Made by a program: the position numbers and the translations under genes
Assembly (NCBI GenBank): GCA_964632305.1
Contig: CAZWBR010000013.1
Coordinates: forward strand, 483-64,482
Length of the DNA: 64,000 bases
Source of the DNA: an uncultured Prolixibacteraceae bacterium
GTDB lineage: Bacteria > Bacteroidota > Bacteroidia > Bacteroidales > Prolixibacteraceae
Direction: 5' to 3'
In this document: one piece after another, positions 9,002-19,765 of the stretch
Layout of the letters: each line of letters opens with the position of its first letter
How positions within the stretch are numbered: the first letter of the stretch is position 1
Notes under the pieces: generated by a model
What the model was told of the DNA's origin: nothing
Seen by the model: only the letters and a program-made list of their open reading frames with translations
The model's database searches: none

Positions 9002-10045
9002 ATGTTGTCACCAATGCTCGACGGAATGTTGTTTCCTTTATTGGTTGCCATGTTCTTGGGAATCAATATGGGGGGGAGTGGTACATCCCCTTCGTTCGCG
9101 ACCGCCTATGGTTCAGGGATTATCCGTAAGGATTTGATTCCCGGGCTTTTCGGTGTTTGTGTGATGTTGGGTGCCTTACTGGCCGGGAAAAATACGGCGG
9201 TCACCTTGGGAAAGGGGATTCTTCCTTCCGAGAGCCTTGATTATACCCTGACCACGATCATTCTTTTTTCGGTGACCTTGTCTCTTTTGTTCGCCAACCT
9301 GCTTGGCGTTCCGCAGTCTACCTCCCAGTCCACCGTGTTTGCATTGGTCGCCCCGGCCTATTATATCGAACAGTTAAACGCTAAGAAGGTCTTTCTGGAG
9401 ATTGTCCCTACCTGGGTAGTGCTGCCGATTGTCTCGTTTGGGATCATGTATTTTATCGCGAAAGTATTGATCCCGAAGTTTGATCTGAAACATCCCGGCT
9501 ATTTCTCGACCGATAAGCAACAGAATATCTTCAGGTGGGTGGTGATCGTGACCAGTTGTTATGTGGCCTTCTCCATCGGTTCGAACAACGTGGCCAATGC
9601 CTCGGGTCCTGTCTCTTCTATGATTACCAATGAGTTGAATATCAATCCTACCGGTAAGAACTTCCTGCTGATAATGATTCTCTCGACGCTGATAATCGCA
9701 CCGGCATTCGGGATCGGGAGTTCAATCTTTGGTCGTAAACTGATGGTAAAGACAGGGGTGGAGATCGTTGATATCGGGAAAGTGGAAGCCTCGATGATTT
9801 CCTTTATCACGGCCTCTCTTTTATTGAGCGCCTCAGTTGTGAAAGGGATCCCCACTTCGTTAGTTCAGTTGAACACCTTCGCCATCCTGGCCTTGAGCGT
9901 GACCAAGAAGGGATGGAAAGGCACCTTCTCGAATAAGGTGGTCAAACGTCTTTGGCTGATATGGCTGATCGCTCCTTTTATAGCGTTTATCATCTCTTAT
10001 GCTTTGACTGCACTGGCCGATCAGGCCGGATTGTTAAGACTGTAA
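9002..10045 (+). CDS. PiT/PHO4-like inorganic anion transporter
   Basis: 347-aa polytopic membrane ORF with duplicated signature-like segments 'GINMGGSGTSPSFATAYGSG' and 'FSIGSNNVANASGPV'. Confidence 0.55.
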   Translation: MLSPMLDGMLFPLLVAMFLGINMGGSGTSPSFATAYGSGIIRKDLIPGLFGVCVMLGALLAGKNTAVTLGKGILPSESLDYTLTTIILFSVTLSLLFANLLGVPQSTSQSTVFALVAPAYYIEQLNAKKVFLEIVPTWVVLPIVSFGIMYFIAKVLIPKFDLKHPGYFSTDKQQNIFRWVVIVTSCYVAFSIGSNNVANASGPVSSMITNELNINPTGKNFLLIMILSTLIIAPAFGIGSSIFGRKLMVKTGVEIVDIGKVEASMISFITASLLLSASVVKGIPTSLVQLNTFAILALSVTKKGWKGTFSNKVVKRLWLIWLIAPFIAFIISYALTALADQAGLLRL

Positions 10046-10096
10046 TGGCTCTATCCAAGCCAAATCGCGAATAAGCGATCGGACAATTAAACCTCT

Positions 10097-10822
10097 TCAG
10101 AAAACTGTGGGTTTTAGTTTTCGGACTTCCTTGTCGAGTTGGTCAGCATCGGGGAAGTATTTCCTCATCGTGGTTTTAAACTGAGGGCCATGGTTGGGAA
10201 TGAGGGTGTGAACCAGTTCGTGAATGATAACAAAATCGATGATCCGGTCGGGAAACCTCATCAGGTGAAGATTGAGATTGATATTGCCAAGGCTGGAGCA
10301 ACTGCCCCAATTGGTGCTGTTATTTTTGATCGTCACCCGGTTAATCTTAAAGCCCATCGCTGAGGCAAGCTGCCTGGCCCTGACCGGGAGATATTGCCTG
10401 GCTTCGAATCTTAATAGCGCCTCAATCATGGAATTGATTTTCTTTCTTAATTCCTCTGAGGCCGGATTGGCATGATCGGGATATTGAATCAAAACGGTCT
10501 TCTCCGGTTCGATAAACTTTATTTTTGGGCGTTCAAGCGGGCCTGCCGTGATTCTGTACCGGTAATGACGGGTCGTAAAAAGATCGCCATCGATGAGTTG
10601 CCGGGGTGGTATAGCTTTTCGTGCCATTTTTTCACGGGTCTTGATCAGCCAATCCCGGCGCGAATGGAGAAAATCTTCGCCGGAGGCAATCGGGGCATCA
10701 TCCGGCAGGGTAAGTTTAACTTCTCCCGTGGCATTGACCGAGATTCTGATCCGGCTGGCTCTGGCGCTGCGAAGAACTTTAACTTCGCCTATGCCTTCAA
10801 GATGGATGACTTTCCCGCTCAT
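10097..10822 (-). CDS. YgjP-like (DUF45/M48 family) metallopeptidase
   Basis: Zinc motif 'IHELVHTLIPNH'. The start is placed at the internal ATG (MSGKVIHLEG). The ORF-track start at 10855 would overlap the upstream gene by 59 nt. Confidence 0.7.
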   Translation of the reverse strand: MSGKVIHLEGIGEVKVLRSARASRIRISVNATGEVKLTLPDDAPIASGEDFLHSRRDWLIKTREKMARKAIPPRQLIDGDLFTTRHYRYRITAGPLERPKIKFIEPEKTVLIQYPDHANPASEELRKKINSMIEALLRFEARQYLPVRARQLASAMGFKINRVTIKNNSTNWGSCSSLGNINLNLHLMRFPDRIIDFVIIHELVHTLIPNHGPQFKTTMRKYFPDADQLDKEVRKLKPTVF

Positions 10823-11942
10823 GTAAATTTCCTTCGTGATCAATATTTTCTTCATGGTGATGCCATGAAAAGCTCCTTCTTATCCAAATAGGCAGTAATA
10901 CGGCCCCAATGATTAGGAATGGATAATAACTGAACAGGCGCCAGATTACTGTCATAAGGCTTGTAAATCCTTGCGGTATAAAAATATCCATATACTCAAG
11001 GAAGATCACTTCGGTAAGGCCTGTTCCTCCCGGGGTAGGCATGATTATCATCATGATCCACATGATCAGTTGCCGGGCAAAGATGGTGAAATGGTCGCCT
11101 ATTGAGAGTAGATGATGTTCCAGTTTACCATTGATCCCAAAGATCAGGGCCAGGATCAGGAAATTGACCACCCAGTAACGGGAAGTCCAGGATAAGAAGG
11201 TGGCGCCAAAATTCTTTAGCCAGAATTTGAGGGGTTTATTGGCCAATTCTTTCGAGGCAACTACAATATCCTCTCCCGAATCAATGGCCCCCTGCTTCCA
11301 GCGCCGAAGGCCGGGAAGCGAGAAGATCCCGATGATGACCCGTTTAAGGGAATGGGGATTGATAAACAAACCATAGCCCACGACCGATACCAGTGCGATC
11401 TTAATCCCGAATCCGATCATGGCGATATAGAAATATTTATTCTGGAATACCGATAATCCATCGCCTGCCGACATTTCGAACAACCGTTCCCATCCCCCGA
11501 AAAGAACAATCAGGGGAAATATTATAATAAAATAGAGTTCATCGAGAAATAGGGTTGCCAGTACGATGGCCGTCCCTTTCCCGATCGATAAACCTTCCTT
11601 GTAGAGGAACAGAAGGGCCACCGAGGTGCCGCCCACCGAAGAAGGGGTTACCGAGGAGGCAAATTCCCAGAGTAAGGTGATCCTTAAGGCTTGCAATACG
11701 GAGAGCTTGTTCTCGGACAGGATTTTTAACCGGTAAGCATAGCCGGCAACCCTGGTGATGGTCATTAACAGGGCCAGGAGAAGAAACCAGGCCACGATCC
11801 TCGAAAATTCTATGATGGCAATTGACGAGAAAGGGTCCTCTTTATAGATGATATAAGCCGCTACCCCCACGCCGATCAGTATGGGGAGTATCACCTTCGA
11901 GGGGTGAACACTTTTGATGACTTCTTTGGGTTTTATCTTCAT
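10797..11942 (-). CDS. Flippase-like (UPF0104 / lysyl-PG synthase TM-domain-like) membrane protein
   Basis: 381-aa ORF with about 8 hydrophobic helices and family-like segments 'YAYRLKIL...LRITLLWEFASSVTPSSVGG'. Confidence 0.55.
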   Translation of the reverse strand: MKIKPKEVIKSVHPSKVILPILIGVGVAAYIIYKEDPFSSIAIIEFSRIVAWFLLLALLMTITRVAGYAYRLKILSENKLSVLQALRITLLWEFASSVTPSSVGGTSVALLFLYKEGLSIGKGTAIVLATLFLDELYFIIIFPLIVLFGGWERLFEMSAGDGLSVFQNKYFYIAMIGFGIKIALVSVVGYGLFINPHSLKRVIIGIFSLPGLRRWKQGAIDSGEDIVVASKELANKPLKFWLKNFGATFLSWTSRYWVVNFLILALIFGINGKLEHHLLSIGDHFTIFARQLIMWIMMIIMPTPGGTGLTEVIFLEYMDIFIPQGFTSLMTVIWRLFSYYPFLIIGAVLLPIWIRRSFSWHHHEENIDHEGNLHERESHPS

Positions 11943-12084
11943 CTCTGGTTTCCCGTTTTTAATTCGTCAATTCGTCTAATCGTATTTTATGATTAAACAA
12001 ATCGCCGCCGTGAATTGTTTTTTATCGTTAAATGTTTTATTTTAATAGCAGGAAACGTCAATAACCAATTTTAAAACTAACGAT

Positions 12085-12789
12085 ATGGGCAAATATAAAA
12101 AAATTGAAGTATTTGGGATGCTGGGAAAGACGGAAACATTATTTACCATTCATGATAAAACAATCCCCGGCTCGTTGGTTTTCGAATCCCTGGCCCCCTT
12201 TCCCGGTTATTATACCGATGTCCCCAACGACACTAAACCGGTTTATCTCTACATGGCTTTAGATAAGGACTATACGGTGTTCGATATCGAGCGGGCCCAT
12301 AAGGCTGTGAAAGAGGCTTATGATTGGAAATTTGAGGCTGCGAAGGCAAAAATATCGATCTACGATAAACATTATGACGTGGTGCGCCTTCGCCATCTCG
12401 ATAGTTTCGACCAGCTTGCTCCCATTCAGGAACAGTTTTCAACCTTAGGGTTGAAACCCAAAATCACCTCTGCTCACTGGAAAGGCGATGACGGGTATAT
12501 CGAATTGCATAAACTTTTCTGCATTCGCAAGGAGGATAAAGGGATTTACCGCGATGCCTCGGAAGATTATCACTCTTATATTCTTTTGCCCCGTAAATTA
12601 TCCCAGGAAGAATTTAATGAGATAACCCGGCAGGTAAAATACAATGCAAGTTTGTCGAGCTTCGATGCCGCTTCCGGTTGTTTCTTTCTTAAAAGGAAAC
12701 TGAGGGAGATGGTTCGTATCTATACCAAAAAAGATGATCTTGAGTATTTGAAAGAACTGCAGACGCTCTATCTTTCAAAGATTAAATAA
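12085..12789 (+). CDS. Hypothetical protein
   Basis: 234-aa ORF with no motif recognised and no competing ORFs. Confidence 0.5.
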   Translation: MGKYKKIEVFGMLGKTETLFTIHDKTIPGSLVFESLAPFPGYYTDVPNDTKPVYLYMALDKDYTVFDIERAHKAVKEAYDWKFEAAKAKISIYDKHYDVVRLRHLDSFDQLAPIQEQFSTLGLKPKITSAHWKGDDGYIELHKLFCIRKEDKGIYRDASEDYHSYILLPRKLSQEEFNEITRQVKYNASLSSFDAASGCFFLKRKLREMVRIYTKKDDLEYLKELQTLYLSKIK

Positions 12790-12931
12790 GCTTTATCTGT
12801 TCAGTTGAATTGTGAAGGCTGCTTGTGAAAAAGTGGCCTTCTCATTTTATGAAATTAGATGTTTCATTTTTACTTTTACGTCGTACTATTATTCAGAATG
12901 AACCCTGTTTTTTAATCAAAACATAGGTCTT

Positions 12932-13822
12932 ATGTCATCGCCGCATCACCATCAGCATCTACCCGATCAAGCGACTAAAAATATTACGGTGGCTTTTTTC
13001 CTGAACCTCGTTTTTGCTATTATCGAGCTGATCGGAGGTTTTCTAACCAATAGTATTGCCATTCTGTCGGACGCTCTGCACGACTTTGGCGATTCCGTCG
13101 CGTTGGGGATTTCCTGGTATCTGGAAAAAGTTTCCAAACGAGGGCGCGACCGTTTTTATTCCTACGGATACCGGCGATTCTCCCTGCTGGGAGCCGTTTT
13201 TATCTCGGTGATCCTGATTATCGGTTCGGTCTTCGTGATCCGCGAATCTGCTCTGCGGTTCTTCTCTCCCGAAGAGACCAACGCTAAGGGGATGTTTCTG
13301 CTGGCTTTACTTGGGGTTGGAGTGAATGGATACGCGGTCTATAAACTGAGGAAAGGATCATCGTTCAACGAACGGGCAGTGTCACTGCATCTGTTCGAGG
13401 ATGTGCTGGGTTGGGTTGCAGTCCTTCTGGTGAGTGTGGTGATGATGTTTGTTCACCTTCCTTTTCTCGATCCGGCACTTTCAGTGCTCATCTCATTTTG
13501 GGTCTTGTTTAATGTTTACCGGAACCTGAAGAACACTTTTAAGGTCCTGTTGCAGGAGGTTCCGCAGGATGTCGAATTGGATAGTCTGATAACAAACATA
13601 TTAAAAATCGATGGGGTTATTTCATTTCATGATCTCCATCTTTGGACCCTTGACGGTGAGAATCATATTATGACCATTCATATCGTTACGGATACTCCGG
13701 GGACAGAACATCAACAAAGGATAAAAAAGGAGATCAGGCATTTGTGCCGTCATTTCGGGATAGGACATGCCACCATCGAAATCGATGCCCCCGATGAAAA
13801 GTGCGGGTTGGATGGGTGCTAA
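12932..13822 (+). CDS. Cation diffusion facilitator (CDF) family metal efflux transporter
   Basis: 296-aa ORF with an N-terminal His-rich tag (SPHHHQH), CDF metal-site motifs 'HDFGDS' and 'HLFEDV', and a C-terminal cytoplasmic domain. Confidence 0.85.
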   Translation: MSSPHHHQHLPDQATKNITVAFFLNLVFAIIELIGGFLTNSIAILSDALHDFGDSVALGISWYLEKVSKRGRDRFYSYGYRRFSLLGAVFISVILIIGSVFVIRESALRFFSPEETNAKGMFLLALLGVGVNGYAVYKLRKGSSFNERAVSLHLFEDVLGWVAVLLVSVVMMFVHLPFLDPALSVLISFWVLFNVYRNLKNTFKVLLQEVPQDVELDSLITNILKIDGVISFHDLHLWTLDGENHIMTIHIVTDTPGTEHQQRIKKEIRHLCRHFGIGHATIEIDAPDEKCGLDGC

Positions 13823-14036
13823 GCTACTAATCAGTTACTGACATAGGGTACATGGTCGTCCTTTCTTTACTATTTCTTATTCTTAAAAATGAGAAAACCT
13901 TCGTGTGATGGGTAAAACTTTATTTATTTTGCAGTCTGGTAAATAATTGATTTTTGAAATCAGTTAAAACGGCTTGCACGAATATTGCGGTGCTGTTTTT
14001 GCCGGATTTTTGTAGAACTCAATAAAAAAATAAAAC

Positions 14037-15317
14037 GTGAACATCCTGATTATTGGCTCCGGTGGCCGTGAACATGCTTTCGCCTGGAAATTGAAACAAA
14101 GTCCCAAGCTTGGAAAACTATTCATCGCTCCCGGTAATGCCGGGACGGCTGCTTTGGGGACAAACCTTAATGTTGACGTGACTGATCTTGAGAAGATCGG
14201 TCAGGCGGTCCTCGAAAATAAGATCGATATGGTCGTGGTTGGCCCCGAAGTCCCGCTGGTAGAGGGTATTCATGATTTCTTCCTGGCCAGCGATCAGCTA
14301 AAAAACATTCCGGTGATCGGTCCCGATAAGGCCGGCGCCCGGTTGGAAGGAAGCAAAGATTTTGCCAAGGAGTTCATGGTCAAATACAATATCCCGACTG
14401 CAGCTTATTTGTCGGTAACGAAAGATAACGTTGAGGAAGGTGTTGAGTTCCTGAAAAAGCTAAAAGCGCCTTATGTCTTAAAAGCGGATGGTTTGGCTGC
14501 CGGTAAAGGGGTGTTAATCCTTGATTACCTGCATGAGGCCGAAAAATCATTGCGTGAGATGCTGAGCGGGATGTTTGGCTCGGCCAGTGCCACCGTCGTG
14601 ATCGAAGAATTCCTGTCGGGGGTGGAGTGCTCTGTTTTTGTGCTGACCGACGGGAAAAACTACAAAGTCCTTCCTGAGGCCAAGGATTATAAACGGATTG
14701 GCGAAGGCGATACCGGCTTGAATACCGGTGGAATGGGGGCTATCTCCCCGGTCCCTTTTGCCAATAAGGAGTTTATGCAGAAGGTTGATCAACGAATCAT
14801 TCAACCGACCATTGCCGGTCTGCAAAAAGAGAATATCCGTTACAAGGGCTTTGTCTTCTTAGGATTGATGAATTGCGGGGGTGAGCCTTATGTGATTGAG
14901 TACAATGTTCGTATGGGCGATCCCGAGACCGAAGCCGTCATGCTGCGAATTGATTCGGATCTCCTCGACCTTTTTGAAGGAGTGGCCAATGAAAATCTGG
15001 CCGGCAAGGAGATGATCATTAATGATCAGTCCGCTGTAACAGTGGTGATTGTGGCCGGTGGTTATCCCGGATCCTATGATAAAGGTTTTCCCATTTCAAA
15101 CCTCCAGCAGGTCGAGGGCAGTATTGTCTTCCATGCAGGGACACAAGAAAAGGACGGAAAGATCCTTACCAACGGAGGCAGGGTATTGGCAGTAAGTTCC
15201 ATGGGCGAAAATTTTAACGAAGCGCTTCAGAAATCGTATCATAATGCCGAAAAGATCCGTTTCGACAAGATGTATTACCGACGTGATTTGGGCTTTGACC
15301 TGCAAGATCTGAAGTAA
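14037..15317 (+). CDS. purD: Phosphoribosylamine-glycine ligase
   Basis: 426-aa ORF with a GTG start. 'ILIIGSGGREHAFAWKL' and the ATP-grasp core 'VLKADGLAAGKGV' are typical of PurD. Confidence 0.95.
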   Translation: MNILIIGSGGREHAFAWKLKQSPKLGKLFIAPGNAGTAALGTNLNVDVTDLEKIGQAVLENKIDMVVVGPEVPLVEGIHDFFLASDQLKNIPVIGPDKAGARLEGSKDFAKEFMVKYNIPTAAYLSVTKDNVEEGVEFLKKLKAPYVLKADGLAAGKGVLILDYLHEAEKSLREMLSGMFGSASATVVIEEFLSGVECSVFVLTDGKNYKVLPEAKDYKRIGEGDTGLNTGGMGAISPVPFANKEFMQKVDQRIIQPTIAGLQKENIRYKGFVFLGLMNCGGEPYVIEYNVRMGDPETEAVMLRIDSDLLDLFEGVANENLAGKEMIINDQSAVTVVIVAGGYPGSYDKGFPISNLQQVEGSIVFHAGTQEKDGKILTNGGRVLAVSSMGENFNEALQKSYHNAEKIRFDKMYYRRDLGFDLQDLK

Positions 15318-16318
15318 TGTTGTTGTGGATATTCAACAGGAAGAGTATTATTAGCGGGCTGCTGATTCCGGTAGCCGGCTATTTTCTTTGGATGCATAAT
15401 CTGAGGGTTCCCCATGAATATCTTCCTCCCGTGGGGGAGAGCGGAATGCCATTATTCTCGCTGCTGGCCGGCTATTTTAAGGAGCCCTCTGTTTGGCCGG
15501 CCTGGCTGAGTTTTATCCTTGTGGCTATTAATTCATTGATTATTGCCTGGCTGAATATCGGATTCCAATTTCTGCCCAACCGATCGTGGTTGCCTGGGTT
15601 GATCTATTTCCTGGCCGTATCTTCCGTGCCGGCGCTTCAGACGATTCATCCGGCCCATCTGGCCGCCCTATTCATCCTGCTGACAATCTATTTTATTTTC
15701 GGGACCTATCATAACCGCGATAAAGAGGTCTCATTCACTTTCAATGCCTCTTTCTCCCTGGCCCTGGCGACGCTTTTCTACTTCCCGGCGCTCTTCCTCT
15801 TGCCGCTGATCTGGATCAGCATCTTTGTTCTTCAAAAGAGTGATAACTGGCGATTGCTCGTCGTCCCGCTATGGGGATTCTGTGCCCCATGGCTATTGGT
15901 CCTGGCCGGGGCATTTCTCAGCGATAACGTATCGAATTTATGGAGCTCCATTACAGATAATCTTACTTCAGTCAATAATAAGTATCTTTTCAATCTCTAT
16001 TTTCTGATCCTGACCGGAATCGTGGTTTTTCTCACCTTCTTAGGTAGTATTTCTTTAATGTCGAGTTATGGAGTAAAAAAAGTAGCCTCCCGAAAATTCT
16101 TTGTCATTTTTGCCTGGGCTCTCGGTCTGGTTATTGCAGCTTTATCTCTGAAATCAACAGGATCCGGTATTATTGCCCTGTTGACTATCCCAACCACTTA
16201 TTTCATCTCCCACTTTTTTATCATGGGTGAACGAACGTTCTGGCGCGAACTGCTGTTCCTGATTTATGCGGCCGTCATGGTGGCCTCCTTCTTCCTGCAA
16301 TCCTCCTTGCAGAACTAA
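15317..16318 (+). CDS. Polytopic membrane protein, function unknown
   Basis: 333-aa ORF. Its start overlaps the purD stop (TAATG). About 9 hydrophobic helices. Confidence 0.5.
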   Translation: MLLWIFNRKSIISGLLIPVAGYFLWMHNLRVPHEYLPPVGESGMPLFSLLAGYFKEPSVWPAWLSFILVAINSLIIAWLNIGFQFLPNRSWLPGLIYFLAVSSVPALQTIHPAHLAALFILLTIYFIFGTYHNRDKEVSFTFNASFSLALATLFYFPALFLLPLIWISIFVLQKSDNWRLLVVPLWGFCAPWLLVLAGAFLSDNVSNLWSSITDNLTSVNNKYLFNLYFLILTGIVVFLTFLGSISLMSSYGVKKVASRKFFVIFAWALGLVIAALSLKSTGSGIIALLTIPTTYFISHFFIMGERTFWRELLFLIYAAVMVASFFLQSSLQN

Positions 16319-16330
16319 AAATGATCCCGT

Positions 16331-17701
16331 TTATTGGGGTTTAGTCTCCTCGCTTTCCTCTAAAATCAAATGGTCCGGTATGGCTTTCTGTGTCTTGATC
16401 CCCAGATCGCGAAGTTTCTCTGCCGTCTTAACTAGGTTCCCGCGTCCGGTATGAAGCTTGTTTAGGGCAAGCTCGTAACTTCCCCGGGCCGAGTCCAGAC
16501 TCTTCCCCAGTTTCTCCATATCCAGAATAAAATTGACAAACTTATCGTATAATGAGCTGCCCAGATTGGCAATCTCTATGGCATTGCGGGTCTGGTTTTC
16601 CTGCTTCCAGATCGAGGCGATGGTACGAAGCGAGGCTAATAATGTTGAGGGGCTGACAATGACCACTTTATTGTCCCAGGCAAAGTTAAAGAGTTCCTGG
16701 TCTTCCTGGACCGCTAAACTAAAGGACGCCTCTATTGGGATAAAAAGCAAGACAAAGTCCGGGGTGTTAAGGCTTTTGGCTGTTGAATAATGTTTCTCTG
16801 CAAGCCCTTTAATATGGGTGCGTAACGATCGCAGATGTTCCTGGATGAATTGACTCCTTTCCACATCAGTGGTAGCGTTGAACAGGCGTTCATACGAGAT
16901 CAGGGATACTTTTGAGTCGATAATCAGATGTTTTCTATCCGGTAAATGAATAATCACATCCGGACGGATGGGCTTACCGTCACTGTTCTCATCAACAAAC
17001 TCCCGCTCATACTCCCGGCCTTTCACTAAGCCGGATCGTTCGAGTACCCGCTCCAAAACGATCTCTCCCCAGTTTCCCTGTTTTTTTACATCCCCCTTCA
17101 AGGCCTGGGTCAGGTTTTGTGCTTCGGTGCTGATCCTAAGGTTCAGATCCTGAAGTTTTTTTAGCTCAGCTTTCAGGTCGGTCTGATCTTTTAACCCGTT
17201 CACGTAAGTCTCTTCCACCTTTTTTTCAAAATTCACGATCTTCTCCTTTAGCGACGAGAAGATCTCGCTGATATTTTTTTGATTGGTGGTCGTAAATTCG
17301 CGTGAATTCTCTTTCAGGATCCGGTTGGCGATATTCTCAAATTCAACAGCAAATTTCTTCCTCAGTTGTTCCATCTCCGAGGCCTGCAGCTCCAGTTTCT
17401 CACGGAGATTTGACAGCTCGGTCTGAGAAGTAGCCAGGTCACGGGTGAGCAATTCCGATTTTTCCCGTTCCTGATCAAGTAATGAGAATTGTCTTTTCAG
17501 ATCTTCTTCAAGGGTTTCAGCCCTCTGGCGGGCCAGTGATTGCTCCTTCTCGGAGGCCGCCAGTTTTTTATACCACTCCTTCTCCTGATCATTGATCATG
17601 GTAAGGTGTTGATGCCTAAGTTTGTTCAGCTTACTTTGCCGGGCGAAATAGAGAAGGACTCCGCCGATGAAAACCCCAAGTGAAAAATAGATCAGCTCCA
17701 T
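16331..17701 (-). CDS. rmuC: DNA recombination protein RmuC
   Basis: N-terminal TM helix, long coiled coil and a C-terminal RmuC nuclease-like domain (PDVIIHLPDRKHLIIDSK). The start is moved to the ATG at 17701 because the first 15 track codons are encoded by the stem and T-run of an upstream terminator. Confidence 0.85.
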   Translation of the reverse strand: MELIYFSLGVFIGGVLLYFARQSKLNKLRHQHLTMINDQEKEWYKKLAASEKEQSLARQRAETLEEDLKRQFSLLDQEREKSELLTRDLATSQTELSNLREKLELQASEMEQLRKKFAVEFENIANRILKENSREFTTTNQKNISEIFSSLKEKIVNFEKKVEETYVNGLKDQTDLKAELKKLQDLNLRISTEAQNLTQALKGDVKKQGNWGEIVLERVLERSGLVKGREYEREFVDENSDGKPIRPDVIIHLPDRKHLIIDSKVSLISYERLFNATTDVERSQFIQEHLRSLRTHIKGLAEKHYSTAKSLNTPDFVLLFIPIEASFSLAVQEDQELFNFAWDNKVVIVSPSTLLASLRTIASIWKQENQTRNAIEIANLGSSLYDKFVNFILDMEKLGKSLDSARGSYELALNKLHTGRGNLVKTAEKLRDLGIKTQKAIPDHLILEESEETKPQ

Positions 17702-17727
17702 CAGATATTGTTTTTCGATGGATAAAA

Positions 17728-17768
17728 ATAAAAAAAGCGCACCCATTATTTCAATGAATGCGCTTTAT
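17728..17768 (-). terminator. Intrinsic terminator after the fabH-like gene
   Basis: The minus strand reads AAAGCGCA-(loop)-TGCGCTTTTTTT. It overlaps the first 15 codons of the rmuC ORF as given in the track. Confidence 0.55.
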
Positions 17769-17784
17769 ATCAGAACATTTTTTT

Positions 17785-18861
17785 TTACGGTACGCGGTAA
17801 ACGATTGAATTGATAACCATTCCCGCACCAACTGAGGTAAGAATAATATTTTCCCCTGATTTGATTTCGTGATCGGCCATTTTGTTCTTTAAAATCAAAT
17901 CCAGCAGCGTCGGTACCGTTGCCGATGAGGAGTTGCCATAATGACGGATGGTCATGGGCATGATATTTTTATCGTAATCTTTCTTGCCGTAGAGCTTGAA
18001 AACTCTTGAGAGGATGGCTTCGTCCATCTTCTCATTGGCCTGATGGATCAATACCTTACTGACGTCGTCCAGCCCGAGCCCCGCTTTGTCCAGACTATCT
18101 TTAACGACTCCCGGAACGGTAGACAAGGCATAAACATAGACTTTATTCCCTTGCATCCGGATATATTGGTCATCCTTGGGAAAATCAGGTTTCAGGGAGC
18201 GTCCCATTTTTAACATACCCTGATCGTTGTCCGTACGGCTGCAATGCGACAGGATCCCTACCGGCGTTTCACTTTCACGGGCTTCAACAATCACGGCACC
18301 TGAACCATCGGAAAAAATCATACGGTCGCGGTCGTGCGGATCGGCAACCCGTGAGGTGACATCCGAGCCAATAACCAAGCCACATTGATACATGCCACTG
18401 CGGATATAAGCATCGGCAAGGATCATCGCGGTGGTCCAACCCGGACATCCTGATATAACGTCATGGGTCAACACGTAAGGATTCTGGATCCCCAGGGTGG
18501 TTTTTACCCTGCTTGAAATAGAGGGCATCGAGTCCGATTTGGCAGTATCAGGAAATATGTCGCCAAAATTGTGAGCTACAATAATAAACTGAAGTTTCTC
18601 ACGGTCGAATCCTGATGACTCCAATGCATCAAGCGCGGAGAAAACGGCAAGATCACTTGTCGATTGGTCAGGCTCAGCGTATCGGCGTTCTTCAATGTTG
18701 GTTATTTCGAAAAATTTGCGGATCACCTCCTCGTTTGGGGTGGTAATCTTTGCACCGGATGGATCATGAAATTCCGCATCGAGAAAATAACTGTTGGGAA
18801 TTACCATGGGTGGGACATAAGAGCCTGTTCCGGTGATAACTGTATAAACCTTCTTACTCAT
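17785..18861 (-). CDS. 3-oxoacyl-ACP synthase III (FabH-like) family protein
   Basis: 358-aa ORF with a Cys-His-Asn triad context: 'ISGCPGW', 'LIHQAN' and 'YGNSSSATVP'. Confidence 0.8.
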   Translation of the reverse strand: MSKKVYTVITGTGSYVPPMVIPNSYFLDAEFHDPSGAKITTPNEEVIRKFFEITNIEERRYAEPDQSTSDLAVFSALDALESSGFDREKLQFIIVAHNFGDIFPDTAKSDSMPSISSRVKTTLGIQNPYVLTHDVISGCPGWTTAMILADAYIRSGMYQCGLVIGSDVTSRVADPHDRDRMIFSDGSGAVIVEARESETPVGILSHCSRTDNDQGMLKMGRSLKPDFPKDDQYIRMQGNKVYVYALSTVPGVVKDSLDKAGLGLDDVSKVLIHQANEKMDEAILSRVFKLYGKKDYDKNIMPMTIRHYGNSSSATVPTLLDLILKNKMADHEIKSGENIILTSVGAGMVINSIVYRVP

Positions 18862-19646
18862 AGATTTGTATTTATACGAAATTTTCTAAGTGTATCTTTA
18901 TCAATTTTTTCAATGGTGAATTGATCTCCGTTCCATACGCCGTAACTGAACTCCCTGAACCACTCTCCAAGGGTGATCAATCGACTTTGGTGGCCGAGAT
19001 CAAAATTCAACGCCAAATGGCGATGTCCGAATACAAAGTAATCGAAATGTTCTTTTAATAGGATATCACGGGCAAAAATAATTTGCTCTTCCTTTTCTTC
19101 TCCTAAAAAATCCAATCCATGAACCCCTTTAGCTAACCTGCTCTTTTTCGACCAATGATGAGCCAATCCTAAAGCAAGGTCCGGATGAATCTTCGCGAAG
19201 GCCCACTGCGAAAAGCGGTTATTGAAAAAGCCTTTGATTAATTGGTAACCTTTATCTCTCTTCCCTAGATCGTCGCCATGGGCCATGAAAAATTTCTTAC
19301 CGTTCAGTTCGGTAATAAGACAATCACGGTGGATAATCATCCCAGTCTCATGGGGAAGGTAATCAAAAACCCAGATATCATGATTCCCCGTGAAAAAGTG
19401 AACCGGAATTCCGCTGTCGCAGATCTCGGCCAGAGTACCCAAAACCCGGACAAATCCCTTGGGGGCAACCTTCTTATATTCGAACCAAAAGTCGAAAATA
19501 TCGCCCAACAGAAAAATCATTGAAGCGTCTTGCCTGATACTTTGCAGCCAGTTGACGAACAGAAGCTCCCGTTCCCGGTTATACTTCAAAGCCGGGGCTC
19601 CCAGATGAATGTCAGACGCGAAATAGACTTTTTTCACCGAATTCAC
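18858..19646 (-). CDS. lpxH: UDP-2,3-diacylglucosamine diphosphatase
   Basis: Calcineurin-like metallophosphoesterase motifs 'SDIHLG', 'GDIFDFW' and 'GNHD'. A 4-nt overlap (ATGA) with the downstream fabH-like gene. Confidence 0.85.
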   Translation of the reverse strand: MNSVKKVYFASDIHLGAPALKYNRERELLFVNWLQSIRQDASMIFLLGDIFDFWFEYKKVAPKGFVRVLGTLAEICDSGIPVHFFTGNHDIWVFDYLPHETGMIIHRDCLITELNGKKFFMAHGDDLGKRDKGYQLIKGFFNNRFSQWAFAKIHPDLALGLAHHWSKKSRLAKGVHGLDFLGEEKEEQIIFARDILLKEHFDYFVFGHRHLALNFDLGHQSRLITLGEWFREFSYGVWNGDQFTIEKIDKDTLRKFRINTNL

Positions 19647-19765
19647 ACAATTTATAAGATGAATCGTTCACCGATTTTCACCGATGCAAAGATAGACCTA
19701 AATATACATTCACCAAACGGACCCGGTATTGTTTCGCTGAATCCGTTGTTTCTTTCCCCAATCAA

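Noticed and set aside
13823-14036. A purine or ZTP riboswitch might lie upstream of purD.
   Set aside because: No purine-aptamer loop motifs and no ZTP pseudoknot consensus (CCGCCTGGGC-like) are visible. The spacer is AT-rich and promoter-like.
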